32,000 bases of DNA from Candidatus Saccharimonadota bacterium (GCA_000503915.1 CP006915.1:420001-452000), one strand, 5' to 3'. Positions 1 to 8,354 are shown, counted from the stretch's first letter. Notes: generated by a model from the letters alone, not told the origin. A program made the numbers and translations.

Positions 1-168
1 CGTATTGAGAATAAGCTTCCCGTATCATAGCAAAATCTGGCCTCTGGTGCAACTCCTACTCAGGACCGTTTATTTTACTTCTTGGCAATGCTATAATGAC
101 TAGTGATCTGCCACATGATGACGAGCATTGCTCTCCGGGATTCTCGTGCTTACTGGCGGAACCGTTTT

Positions 169-244
169 GCCGCCTTAGCTCAGTTGGTAGAGCGGTACTT
201 TCGTAAAGTATAGGTCGCCGGTTCAAATCCGGCAGGCGGCTCCA
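169..244 (+). tRNA. tRNA-Thr (anticodon CGU)
   Basis: Cloverleaf read by eye: acceptor GCCGCCT/AGGCGGC, D arm GCTC-AGTTGGTA-GAGC, anticodon arm GTACT-TTCGTAA-AGTAT, T arm GCCGG-TTCAAAT-CCGGC, discriminator U, encoded CCA. Extended -10 TGcTATAAT at 89-97. Confidence 0.95.
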
Positions 245-254
245 CAGGAAACGT

Positions 255-632
255 ATGAAACATATCATTCATTCAGCATTCAAACAAGTAATTGCCGACC
301 GGGTATTGATGCTATTTTGTATCGGCATTGTTGTTGCTAGTGCTGTCTATATTCTCTACGTCGCCCTGTCTCTCCACGCTAGTGACTTGCAACTTGCCAT
401 TCGGTACACCTCGTATGGCGAAACACATATTTACCGAGATAAATGGTACTACTTATTGTCATTCATTGGACTTGGTTTAGTGTTTATGGCTGTCCATATC
501 GGGGTGATAGTAAAGCTTCATATGAATGGACTTAGACAGCTTGGATATGCCGTTGGCTGGCTCAGCGTGGTGATGCTGGCTTTGATGTTTATTTACACGC
601 ATGCCGTACTCGGCATCGCGTACCTTAGTTAA
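255..632 (+). CDS. hypothetical small integral membrane protein (125 aa)
   Basis: Uninterrupted ORF with 3-4 hydrophobic helices. AGGAAA precedes the ATG. Tightly followed by the GT2 gene. No family recognised. Confidence 0.6.
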   Translation: MKHIIHSAFKQVIADRVLMLFCIGIVVASAVYILYVALSLHASDLQLAIRYTSYGETHIYRDKWYYLLSFIGLGLVFMAVHIGVIVKLHMNGLRQLGYAVGWLSVVMLALMFIYTHAVLGIAYLS

Positions 633-637
633 GCCGT

Positions 638-2269
638 ATGATTGACCTCGAAATACCGCTCGGTCGACGACAGTGGCGCTACCGGCTGTTTGAGATGGTA
701 CCAGGCCTGCTTAGCTGGGGTTCAATTATTCTTTTGGTGGCCTTATCGTTGCTTAATCCGCTGCTAGCAGGAGTTTACGTACTACTTGTCATTGTGACGC
801 TGCTTATAAAGGCAGTGGGAATCGCCATTCATACCTTGACGGGAAGCCGCCGGATTGAAAAAGCCCAAACTATCGATTGGCATGCCAGGCTCAATGACTT
901 ATCTGATCCGGAGGCGTCATATACGCACTGGCTGGAGCATCGTATGAAAGAACTTGGGCACACGGCACACGGAGAGAACCTACGCCTGATGAGCAATGCC
1001 CATGAAGTCTATCCGAAGCCTCGGGATATCTATAACGCGGTGATCATTGCTACCTACAACGAGTCGTATGACGTCCTGAAGCCGACGCTGCAGTCGCTGA
1101 TCGATACCACGTACGATCTCGGCCACCTTATCGTTGTGATCGCCTATGAAGAACGAGGCGGTGAGACGACGCGCACCACCGTAGCGCGGCTCCAGAGGGA
1201 GTTCGCAGACTCCTTCAAGGCACTTGAGATGGTCATGCATCCGAAAGACCTACCTGATGAGGTGGTGGGAAAGGGTGCCAACATCACCTATGCTGGGAGA
1301 TATTTGCAATCCTGGCTTGATAAAGAGGGGATCACGTATCAAAACGTCCTTGTTACGACGCTCGATAGCGACAATCGACCACATCGGACATACTTTGACT
1401 ACGTTACCTATGAGTACATTGTGCACGATAATCGTAAGCATCTGGCTTTTCAACCGGTATCGCTCTTCCTTAACAATATATGGGACGTACCAGCACCGAT
1501 GCGTGTTGTCGCCACAGGCAACTCATTCTGGAATATTATCAGCTCGATGCGGCCACATATGCTTCGGAACTTTGCTTCGCACTCCCAGCCGATGGATGCG
1601 CTGGTAGAGATGAACTTCTGGAGTAAGCGAACCATTGTCGAGGATGGTCACCAATACTGGCGGAGTTATTTCTACTTTGGTGGCAATTATGAGGTGGTTC
1701 CCATTTTTGTACCAATTTACCAAGACGCGGTTCTATCGGACACCTATTGGCATACTTTGAAAGCGCAATTTGTCCAGCTGCGACGCTGGGCGTATGGCGC
1801 CTCAGATGTACCCTATGTTGCCACTCGTATATTTACGAGAAAGCGTAATGTTCCGTTTTGGGCGGGTTTCACGCGGCTGGTACGCTTGATTGATGGCCAC
1901 GTTACACTTGCTTCGGTTTCCATCATCGTTACCTTTGGTGGCTGGATACCGCTCCTTATCAATAGTAAGGCCGCGCTCAGTGTAGCAGCCAATCAACTGC
2001 CCGAAGTACTGAGCGTCATCCAGCGCCTGGCAATGGTAGGGTTGATCATTACCGTCTTTTTGGCATTTAAAATGCTGCCACCCCGTCCACGTCGCTATAA
2101 GAGGCGGCGGAGCCTGGGAATGGTACTGCAGTGGGTGCTTATGCCGGTTACCTCTATCTGCTACAGTGCCGCTGCTGCTTTCTACTCTCAGACACGATTG
2201 CTGCTCGGAAAGTATCTCGATAAATTCGATGTCACCGATAAGGCGACCGTCAGATCCGACAAAGACTAG
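638..2269 (+). CDS. membrane-embedded family-2 glycosyltransferase, processive beta-glycan synthase-like
   Basis: 543 aa. N-terminal and C-terminal TM helices flank a cytoplasmic domain with TTLDSDN (DxD-type) and QLRRWAYG (the QxxRW motif of cellulose/chitin/hyaluronan synthase-type GT2 enzymes). Confidence 0.8.
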   Translation: MIDLEIPLGRRQWRYRLFEMVPGLLSWGSIILLVALSLLNPLLAGVYVLLVIVTLLIKAVGIAIHTLTGSRRIEKAQTIDWHARLNDLSDPEASYTHWLEHRMKELGHTAHGENLRLMSNAHEVYPKPRDIYNAVIIATYNESYDVLKPTLQSLIDTTYDLGHLIVVIAYEERGGETTRTTVARLQREFADSFKALEMVMHPKDLPDEVVGKGANITYAGRYLQSWLDKEGITYQNVLVTTLDSDNRPHRTYFDYVTYEYIVHDNRKHLAFQPVSLFLNNIWDVPAPMRVVATGNSFWNIISSMRPHMLRNFASHSQPMDALVEMNFWSKRTIVEDGHQYWRSYFYFGGNYEVVPIFVPIYQDAVLSDTYWHTLKAQFVQLRRWAYGASDVPYVATRIFTRKRNVPFWAGFTRLVRLIDGHVTLASVSIIVTFGGWIPLLINSKAALSVAANQLPEVLSVIQRLAMVGLIITVFLAFKMLPPRPRRYKRRRSLGMVLQWVLMPVTSICYSAAAAFYSQTRLLLGKYLDKFDVTDKATVRSDKD

Positions 2270-2709
2270 CGGACGGAGGGACGACCGCGCTGGCGGGTTG
2301 ACGTGATAAGTTCATGCTGGGCAGCGTATTGCAGCGCTGCTAACGCATCAAACCGCTGGAGAACCTGATGAGTGACGGCAGCGATATCATCGGTACTGGG
2401 TGCTCTCGACTCGCGAATGAGCAGCTGCTCGACCGTCTGAGCAAGTGAAAGTGAGTGTCGTTCACGTAGGGTAGTGTCGTGACTGCACGCCGTAGCGATA
2501 CTAAGCATCAGTTTACTTAGGCTAAAAGGGGTAGTGCCTTTTTGCGCACTCCCATAAATATCAATCTGTTCTAGAGAGAGGCGTTCGTAGGTGGTGAAAA
2601 GTGTCTCGCAGCGAGGACAGCGCCGCCGCCGCCAGACTTCACTGGTCTTTTTGGCGCTGCGAGAATTAGTGACTGTAGTGCGGGAATGAAAACAGTTTAT
2701 ACAAATCAT
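2266..2709 (-). CDS. nrdR: transcriptional repressor NrdR
   Basis: 147 aa. N-terminal zinc ribbon CINCFHSRTTVTNSR...RRRRCPRCETLFTTYE matches the NrdR signature (CxxC...RRRxCxxCxxRFTTxE). The C-terminal ~90 aa are compatible with an ATP-cone. Confidence 0.85.
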   Translation of the reverse strand: MICINCFHSRTTVTNSRSAKKTSEVWRRRRCPRCETLFTTYERLSLEQIDIYGSAQKGTTPFSLSKLMLSIATACSHDTTLRERHSLSLAQTVEQLLIRESRAPSTDDIAAVTHQVLQRFDALAALQYAAQHELITSTRQRGRPSVR

Positions 2710-2725
2710 GTCTATATATTGACAT
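2708..2725. promoter_or_regulatory. NrdR-box-like palindrome overlapping the nrdR start codon
   Basis: ATGTCTATATATTGACAT is an 18-nt imperfect palindrome (2 mismatches). Its core CAATATATAG on the gene strand fits the recalled NrdR-box core CwAtATaTwG. Confidence 0.45.
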
Positions 2726-2771
2726 ACGGCTATAAAAATAGCTAGTGGAAAACGCTGTGAATAATTCTGTC

Positions 2772-2811
2772 AAAACGAAAAACCGCCACCTACCTCGAGG
2801 GTAAGTGGCGG
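2772..2811 (-). terminator. rho-independent terminator (minus strand)
   Basis: Stem CCGCCAC (2783-2789) / GTGGCGG (2805-2811). On the minus strand it is followed by TTTTTCGTTTT. Lies 28 nt downstream of the 36-codon ORF. Confidence 0.6.
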
Positions 2812-2838
2812 AAAAGTTCGCTATAGACTTAATTCGAA

Positions 2839-2949
2839 CTATTTTTTATACTTTCGACGAGCTTCAGCCCAAGTCTCGTTAAATTCGAAGCCTAGGGTGA
2901 ACTGGTCGAGTTTTGATGGCTTTTGGTGTTTAATCTCTTGGTTAGCCAT
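2839..2949 (-). CDS. candidate leaderless small protein, 36 aa (MANQEIKHQKPSKLDQFTLGFEFNETWAEARRKYKK)
   Basis: Below the ORF-track cutoff; translated by hand. Bracketed by a near-consensus promoter whose predicted start coincides with the ATG, and by a terminator. No homology recognised; it could instead be a small RNA. Confidence 0.4.
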   Translation of the reverse strand: MANQEIKHQKPSKLDQFTLGFEFNETWAEARRKYKK

Positions 2950-2955
2950 GGTTCT

Positions 2956-2984
2956 ATACTAGCATAAGCGAGACTTTTTGTCAA
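2956..2984 (-). promoter_or_regulatory. sigma70-type promoter (minus strand)
   Basis: Minus strand reads TTGACA, 17 nt, TAGTAT. The -10 ends 7 nt before the A of the ATG at 2949. Confidence 0.5.
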
Positions 2985-3076
2985 TAGAACAGTACGGTCA
3001 TACGTATATCATAGATGGCGTTATACTCGATAGAAATCGTTGATGGACAGCGTGGAAAACTTTATCTAAAAGTGGG

Positions 3077-3109
3077 AAAATAAAAACGTCTTCGCTTTAA
3101 GCGAAGACG
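3077..3109 (-). terminator. rho-independent terminator after tRNA-Val
   Basis: Stem CGTCTTCGC (3087-3095) / GCGAAGACG (3101-3109). The minus strand continues TTTTTATTTT. Confidence 0.6.
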
Positions 3110-3115
3110 GGAACA

Positions 3116-3192
3116 TGGTGGGCGATAAGGGAGTTGAACCCCTGACCTCCTCAACGTCAATGAGGCGCTCTAGCCAACTGAGCTAACCGCCC
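3116..3192 (-). tRNA. tRNA-Val (anticodon GAC)
   Basis: Reverse complement folds as GGGCGGT-TA-GCTC..GAGC-G-CCTCA-TTGACGT-TGAGG-AGGTC-AGGGG-TTCAACT-CCCTT-ATCGCCC-A-CCA. Confidence 0.95.
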
Positions 3193-3211
3193 ATGCCTGG
3201 TAACAGCACTA

Positions 3212-3264
3212 ATCATAGCAAACAGGGGCGAGTATTGCAATCCGTCGGGGGTACGATGTATAGT
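3212..3264. promoter_or_regulatory. divergent promoters sharing a palindromic -35 (TTGCAA, 3235-3240)
   Basis: Minus strand: TTGCAA, 17 nt, TATGAT (3212-3217), driving tRNA-Val. Plus strand: TTGCAA, 18 nt, TATAGT (3259-3264), driving the T-box leader. Confidence 0.45.
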
Positions 3265-3270
3265 AAAGAC

Positions 3271-3434
3271 GAATGATGACGCGGTCTAACCAGCCGCTGA
3301 GTTCCGTCGGAGCGATCGCAGACGAACGAATCGAATGCGGTAACAGAAATAGCCAAGGTGGAACCTCCGTGAATTGAACGGACCGAGGCACGCGTAAAGA
3401 AAGTTCTTTCTTGTGAACGCGTGCTATTTATTTT
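3271..3434 (+). promoter_or_regulatory. T-box riboswitch leader, probably Thr-specific, with intrinsic terminator
   Basis: T-box-like sequence AGCCAAGGTGGAACCTCCGTG (3351-3371). Antiterminator fold with the canonical 7-nt bulge TGGAACC and stem TCCGT/ACGGA. Competing terminator GCACGCGT (3388-3395) / ACGCGTGC (3417-3424) plus TATTTATTTT. Lies upstream of thrS. Bulge UGGA complements the UCCA 3' end of the Thr tRNA at 169-244. Confidence 0.55.
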
Positions 3435-3446
3435 AAGGGAGAAGAA

Positions 3447-3746
3447 ATGTCACACCTAAAATCACTACAGACCAAAGTGCTTGCCAATAAGACCGCCAAA
3501 GGCTTTGATACAGAGGTAGAAACAGAGTTTCTGCTCCTGTATGGTGAGGTAGCTGAAGCCTACGAAGCATGGCGTCAGAAAAAGAATGATCTGGGGGAAG
3601 AGCTTGCCGATGTGCTGATTTATTTGCTTGGTCTAGCAGAAATATTAGGATTCAATCTTGATGAGGAAGTCACTGCGAAGATGGAAAAGAATGCAAAGCG
3701 TACCTATGTCACCAAAAATGGGGTTCTAGTAAAGGAAGGAGAGTAG
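3447..3746 (+). CDS. MazG-like nucleotide pyrophosphohydrolase (small all-alpha NTP-PPase)
   Basis: 99 aa. EFLLLYGEVAEAYEAWR and LGEELADVLIYLLGLAEILGFNL are the typical MazG-domain acidic helix motifs. RBS AAGGGAGAAG. Confidence 0.75.
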   Translation: MSHLKSLQTKVLANKTAKGFDTEVETEFLLLYGEVAEAYEAWRQKKNDLGEELADVLIYLLGLAEILGFNLDEEVTAKMEKNAKRTYVTKNGVLVKEGE

Positions 3747-3747
3747 A

Positions 3748-5559
3748 ATGAGCAACGAACAACTACATGCGATGCGACATAGTCTCGCACATATTACTGC
3801 GGCGGCGATTCAGCGACTGTGGCCGGAGGCAAAATTTGGCGTTGGTCCAGTGGTGGAAAACGGCTTTTATTATGACATTGACCTCGGTGAAAAGAAGATT
3901 AGCGAACAGGATTTTGCCAAGATTGAAAAGGCGATGCGGCGTATTGTTGCCGAGGCGCAGAATCTCGAGCATTTTACCATGCCAATCGATCAGGCAATTG
4001 ACTGGGCGAAAGAGAACGAGCAGCCGTATAAGGAAGAGTTGCTTAATGACTTGAAGCGTAGTGGTACTACCGTTGCCAAGGATCTCGATGTCGCAGCGAT
4101 GGGCACAATTGCTGAAGGTGATGCAGCGGTCGATGAGGTCAGTTTTTACAAAAATGGTGACTTTGTTGACCTCTGTCGCGGCCCGCATGTCGCCAACACC
4201 AAAGACGTTGGTGCGTTTAGGCTAATGCGCGTTGCTGGCGCCTATTGGCGTGGCAGTGAAAAAAATCCGCAAATGCAACGACTTTACGGGGTAGCATTTG
4301 CTACTGAAGAGGAGCTAGAAGCATATCTTACGAATCTCGAGGAGGCCAAAAAGCGGGATCACCGTAAGTTAGGTAAAGAACTTGATCTTTACACGACTTC
4401 ACCACTGGTTGGAGTTGGGCTACCAATGTTTACACCACGTGGAACGGTTCTGCGCGAAATCTTGTCGCGATACAGCAATCAACTCCGTGAGCAGGCCGGT
4501 TTTCAAAAAGTATGGATTCCGCACATTACAAAACATGACTTGTATGAAGTGTCGGGTCACTGGGCAAAGTTCGGTGATGAGCTATTTCTAGTGAAGAGTC
4601 AAGAGTCAAGTGATAAGTTTGTCATGAAGCCAATGAATTGTCCTCATCATACGCAAATATTTGCCTCGCAGCCTCGCAGTTATAAAGATATGCCTGTTCG
4701 CTACCTGGAGACGACAACAATTTACCGTGATGAAAAAACAGGAGAGCTAGGCGGGCTAAACCGGGTACGGTCAGCTACTCAAGATGATAGCCACGTTTTT
4801 GCGCGACCGGATCAGATCGGAGGGGAGGTCGACGGATTGCTTCGCTCTGCTCAGGAGCTGTATGCCAGCGTTGATCTAAAGCTACGGGTTCGCCTTAGCT
4901 ATCGGGATGACTCTGATGCCTACCTTGGTGATATATCGCTATGGGAATCGGCACAGGCGCAGCTCAAGGCGGCGGTCGAGAAAAACGGACTCGATTACTT
5001 CGAGCAGGCCGGTGAGGCGGCTTTCTACGGACCAAAAATTGATTTTATGGCGACCGATGCAATTGGTCGTGAGCATCAAGTAGCGACCATCCAGCTCGAC
5101 TTTGTGCAGCCGGAGCGGTTTAAATTACAATATGCCGATAAGGAAGGCAATTTTCAGGCACCAGTTATGATCCATTGTGCACTGCTTGGCTCAATCGAAC
5201 GCTTTCTCAGCGTCTTCATCGAGCATACGGCGGGCTGGTTCCCGCTGTGGGCGGCGCCAGAGCAAGTTCGTATTCTGACGATTAATGACACGGTACTTGA
5301 TTACGTTGAAGAAATTAAGACGGTACTGAGTGATGTTGTACTAATGAGGCCAGTCAAATATAACGAGCTCCGCTTTACCTGTGACGACCGCAATGAGTCC
5401 CTTGGCAAGAAAATCCGCGAGGCAACTGCCATGAAGATTCCAGTCCAATTGATTGTCGGGCCAAAAGACAAAGAAGCCCGCGAAGTCAGTGTTCGTACGC
5501 AAAGCGGTGAAGGGAAAATTGCCCTCGATGGACTAAAGGAATACCTTTTTAATCTGTAA
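3748..5559 (+). CDS. thrS: threonine--tRNA ligase (no N-terminal TGS domain)
   Basis: 603 aa. Editing-domain HxxxH (RHSLAH) and CxxxH (LCRGPH) are present. Class II core includes HRKLGKELDLY, FVMKPMNCPHH, YRDE..G.L.GL.RVR and FYGPKIDF. Starts 1 nt after the mazG-like stop. Confidence 0.95.
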   Translation: MSNEQLHAMRHSLAHITAAAIQRLWPEAKFGVGPVVENGFYYDIDLGEKKISEQDFAKIEKAMRRIVAEAQNLEHFTMPIDQAIDWAKENEQPYKEELLNDLKRSGTTVAKDLDVAAMGTIAEGDAAVDEVSFYKNGDFVDLCRGPHVANTKDVGAFRLMRVAGAYWRGSEKNPQMQRLYGVAFATEEELEAYLTNLEEAKKRDHRKLGKELDLYTTSPLVGVGLPMFTPRGTVLREILSRYSNQLREQAGFQKVWIPHITKHDLYEVSGHWAKFGDELFLVKSQESSDKFVMKPMNCPHHTQIFASQPRSYKDMPVRYLETTTIYRDEKTGELGGLNRVRSATQDDSHVFARPDQIGGEVDGLLRSAQELYASVDLKLRVRLSYRDDSDAYLGDISLWESAQAQLKAAVEKNGLDYFEQAGEAAFYGPKIDFMATDAIGREHQVATIQLDFVQPERFKLQYADKEGNFQAPVMIHCALLGSIERFLSVFIEHTAGWFPLWAAPEQVRILTINDTVLDYVEEIKTVLSDVVLMRPVKYNELRFTCDDRNESLGKKIREATAMKIPVQLIVGPKDKEAREVSVRTQSGEGKIALDGLKEYLFNL

Positions 5560-5585
5560 CGTTATGAAAAAATCAACGATTATTC

Positions 5586-5924
5586 ATGAGTCCAAAAGCT
5601 AGTTTTCGTCAACGGATTGAAGAGCTTATGGCTCAGGTGCCGGCTGGCGAGGTAGCCACCTATGGTGACCTGGCGGGTTTAGCCGGGCAGGCGAATGCTA
5701 GTCGAATCGTCGGCGGAATCGCTCATTTTGGAGACCCTGATCTACCGTGGCACCGGCTAGTGAATCGCTTTGGAGGACTTGCGAGCGGTTTTCATGGAGG
5801 CCGAGAGGCACAAGCACAACTACTGGAGGCAGAAGGCGTACACTGTACAAATCACATCGTTGATAATTTCGAAGCGCTTCGTTGGCGACCAGGTCAGTTG
5901 AGCGATCAGGAGCGGGCTAGATGA
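5586..5924 (+). CDS. alkyltransferase-like (ATL) / MGMT-family DNA-binding protein
   Basis: 112 aa. VPAGEVATYGDLA...IVGGIAHFGDPDLPWHRLVN matches the MGMT C-terminal domain, with the PCHR cysteine replaced by Trp (PWHR), as in ATL proteins. Confidence 0.75.
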   Translation: MSPKASFRQRIEELMAQVPAGEVATYGDLAGLAGQANASRIVGGIAHFGDPDLPWHRLVNRFGGLASGFHGGREAQAQLLEAEGVHCTNHIVDNFEALRWRPGQLSDQERAR

Positions 5925-6787
5925 TTGCTAAAATACCACTTATCGTCATCACCGGCCCTACGGGGAGTGGGAAAACTGCACTGGCCATAGAAGTTGCCAA
6001 GCAGTGTAATGGTGAAATCATCTGCGCTGATTCGCGGGCTATCTATAAAGGTATGGATATCGGTACGGCAAAACCAACTGCCAGAGAACAAGAGGTGGTG
6101 CCTCACTGGGGAATTGATCTGGTAGAGCCAGGCGATCGGTACACGGCATCGGATTTCAAATCATATGCCCTTCAAAAGATTGCCGAAATCAGAGGCCGGG
6201 GCAGAGTGCCGTTACTCGTAGGCGGGACGGGACTTTATATTGATGGCGTTGTCTTTGACTATTCTTTCGCCGGCAAGGCTGATCCGGCGCTACGTGCACG
6301 GCTTGAGGCAATGACACTACAAGAGCTATATGAATATTGCGTTTTATACAACATAAACCTACCCGAAAACAAGCGAAACAAACGGTATGTGATCCGCACT
6401 ATAGAGCGTCAAAGCGTAAGTACTATCAAGAATAAGCTGCCACTTTCAGATACGTTTATTGTAGGGATAGCAACGGATATGAAGGCACTTCGCAAGCGGC
6501 TCCAGTTGCGGAGTGAACACTTGTTTGATAATGGTGTTGTTGATGAGGCGAGAATATTGGGCAAAAGATATGGCTGGCACAGCGAAGCGATGACCGGTAA
6601 TATCTATCCGCTCATCAAACAGCACCTGGATGGAGCATTAAGTATGTCCGAGGCCAGAGAACGCTTTGTGACGCTTGATTATCAACTTGCGAAACGCCAA
6701 ATGACGTGGTTTCGTCGTAATCCATATATTTTATGGGTACGATACGAGGAAGTGCTCAGCATTCTTTCAGGAGCGATTCGCTCATGA
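5921..6787 (+). CDS. miaA: tRNA dimethylallyltransferase
   Basis: 288 aa. P-loop ITGPTGSGKT, then CADSRAIYKGMDIGTAKPT and LVGGTGLYI. ATGA overlap with the upstream gene. Confidence 0.9.
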   Translation: MIAKIPLIVITGPTGSGKTALAIEVAKQCNGEIICADSRAIYKGMDIGTAKPTAREQEVVPHWGIDLVEPGDRYTASDFKSYALQKIAEIRGRGRVPLLVGGTGLYIDGVVFDYSFAGKADPALRARLEAMTLQELYEYCVLYNINLPENKRNKRYVIRTIERQSVSTIKNKLPLSDTFIVGIATDMKALRKRLQLRSEHLFDNGVVDEARILGKRYGWHSEAMTGNIYPLIKQHLDGALSMSEARERFVTLDYQLAKRQMTWFRRNPYILWVRYEEVLSILSGAIRS

Positions 6788-6834
6788 ATACAATTTGTGC
6801 TACCATATAACAAGAAAGTTATTCGGTAGAGGAA

Positions 6835-7437
6835 ATGATTGACGCATTATTTGGCTCAAAAACACGGGTGAAATTGCTCCACCTATTTCTTAATAATCCT
6901 GGTAGGGCATTCTATGTTCGGGAGATTACCCGCCTCATCGACGAGCAGATTAATTCAGTTCGCCGAGAATTGTCAAACATGCTTAACGTCGGGATTATAA
7001 AAAGTGACACCTCGGATAATAAACTTTATTATGAAGTCGATCAGCGCTATGAGTATTATGTACCGCTGCGGGCGATTTTCGGAGACGGTGAGGATGCTCA
7101 TCAGTCTGTCGAAGTATCAAAGCCTTCAACGCTCGACTGGCAAGCGCGACTCGATGAACTCGGGAGCATCCGTCTGGCGATTATGGCCGGAGTGTTCGTT
7201 AATGGATCGGCCAGCACGATCGATCTTCTTTTGGTGGGTAATCCGGCGCCAGCCAAGCTGAAGGCGTTTATTAGGACGCTCGAGAAAAAAGAAGGCCGCG
7301 AGCTAAACTATAGCGTGCTACCGTATGACGAATTCTATTATCGCCTCAGTGTCCGTGATAAATTCATTACGGAGCTGCTGAGTAGTAAGCACGTCTTGCT
7401 ACGCGACGACGAACAAATACTGACAAGACAGAAGTAA
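6835..7437 (+). CDS. winged-helix (ArsR-like HTH) domain protein, function unknown
   Basis: 200 aa. The N-terminus LFGSKTRVKLLHLFLNNPGRAFYVREITRLIDEQINSVRRELSNMLNVGII looks like a wHTH. The C-terminal domain was not recognised. Confidence 0.5.
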   Translation: MIDALFGSKTRVKLLHLFLNNPGRAFYVREITRLIDEQINSVRRELSNMLNVGIIKSDTSDNKLYYEVDQRYEYYVPLRAIFGDGEDAHQSVEVSKPSTLDWQARLDELGSIRLAIMAGVFVNGSASTIDLLLVGNPAPAKLKAFIRTLEKKEGRELNYSVLPYDEFYYRLSVRDKFITELLSSKHVLLRDDEQILTRQK

Positions 7438-7454
7438 CAGGAGGGAGCTTTTAG

Positions 7455-8084
7455 ATGTTTGAACTCGAATATAAGGGTGGTAATACGATGGTGATTTCTA
7501 CCAGGAAATCAAAACTTATTACCGACCCGAAGCAATCAGTCGTGGGCTTAAAGGATATCGAACCAAAAGGAATGGTGTCCGTGGCGACTGAAGCGCGGTT
7601 CACTGTACACAGCGACGATGCGCTCCTGGAAGTTGAAGGACCGGGCGAGTACGAAGTCGGTGACTTTTCGATCAGAGGTATAGCTGCGCAGCGTCATCTC
7701 GATGATGGCGGGGCACTGGCTACTATTTACCGTATTGAAGTCGGCGACGTACGCATTGCCTTGCTTGGTAACATTGATCCACAGTTAAGCGAGGATCAGC
7801 TGGAAGCTCTAGGAGTGGTAGATATGATCATCCTGCCGGTTGGTGGTAGTGGCTACACTCTTGATGCGACAAGTGCCGCTCAGCTAGTACGACGGATTGA
7901 TGCCAAGGCTGTCATCCCGGTTCACTATGCGGATAAAGCCGTAAAGTATGAAGTACCCCAAGATGCCGTAGAGGTATTTATCAAAGAATTTCCTGCTGCG
8001 GTGGAGAGCATGGATAAGCTCAAGGTTAAGTCAGCCGCTTCGCTTCCGACAGTTGCGACAATCTACAAGTTGACGAGAAGCTAG
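7455..8084 (+). CDS. MBL-fold (Lactamase_B_3-like) protein with degenerate metal motif
   Basis: 209 aa. LITDP..., ILPVGGSGYTLDA and AKAVIPVHY resemble UPF0173-type MBL-fold hydrolases. The HxHxDH motif is reduced to VHSDD. RBS AGGAGGGAG. Confidence 0.5.
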   Translation: MFELEYKGGNTMVISTRKSKLITDPKQSVVGLKDIEPKGMVSVATEARFTVHSDDALLEVEGPGEYEVGDFSIRGIAAQRHLDDGGALATIYRIEVGDVRIALLGNIDPQLSEDQLEALGVVDMIILPVGGSGYTLDATSAAQLVRRIDAKAVIPVHYADKAVKYEVPQDAVEVFIKEFPAAVESMDKLKVKSAASLPTVATIYKLTRS

Positions 8085-8118
8085 ACGTACGACAGTGAAG
8101 TGAAGGGCAACAATAAAG

Positions 8119-8147
8119 ATCTCCGCCATCGAGCGGAGATTTTGTTA
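8119..8147. terminator. bidirectional rho-independent terminator
   Basis: Stem ATCTCCGC (8119-8126) / GCGGAGAT (8133-8140), flanked by an A-rich tract upstream and TTTGTTATTT downstream. Sits between convergent genes. Confidence 0.6.
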
Positions 8148-8354
8148 TTTAGTGGCCGGAGCCGAGAGCAAGCCTTTTTTCTTTAGTGTGCGGATCGCCT
8201 GGGTTGACAGTACCATCGTGACTTTCTGGCCATCGACGACAAATGTCTTTTTCTGCAGGTTAGGTTTGAATACCCGCTTGGTGCGACGCAAAGAAAAGCT
8301 CACATTGTGGCCGAATTGTTTTCCTTTACCGGTCAGTTCGCAGCGCGCTGCCAT
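8145..8354 (-). CDS. rpmB: 50S ribosomal protein L28
   Basis: MAARCELTGKGKQFGHNVSFSLRRTKRVFKPNLQKK is the L28 signature. Start moved to the internal ATG at 8354, which has AGGAG 7 nt upstream. Confidence 0.9.
   Translation of the reverse strand: MAARCELTGKGKQFGHNVSFSLRRTKRVFKPNLQKKTFVVDGQKVTMVLSTQAIRTLKKKGLLSAPATK

Noticed and set aside
56-268. 70-aa minus-strand ORF
   Set aside because: Runs antisense through tRNA-Thr and its promoter/leader. No RBS and an unconvincing sequence; an artefact of the tRNA region.
3209-3391. 60-aa minus-strand ORF
   Set aside because: Lies antisense to the T-box leader and across the divergent promoters. The structured RNA explains the region better.
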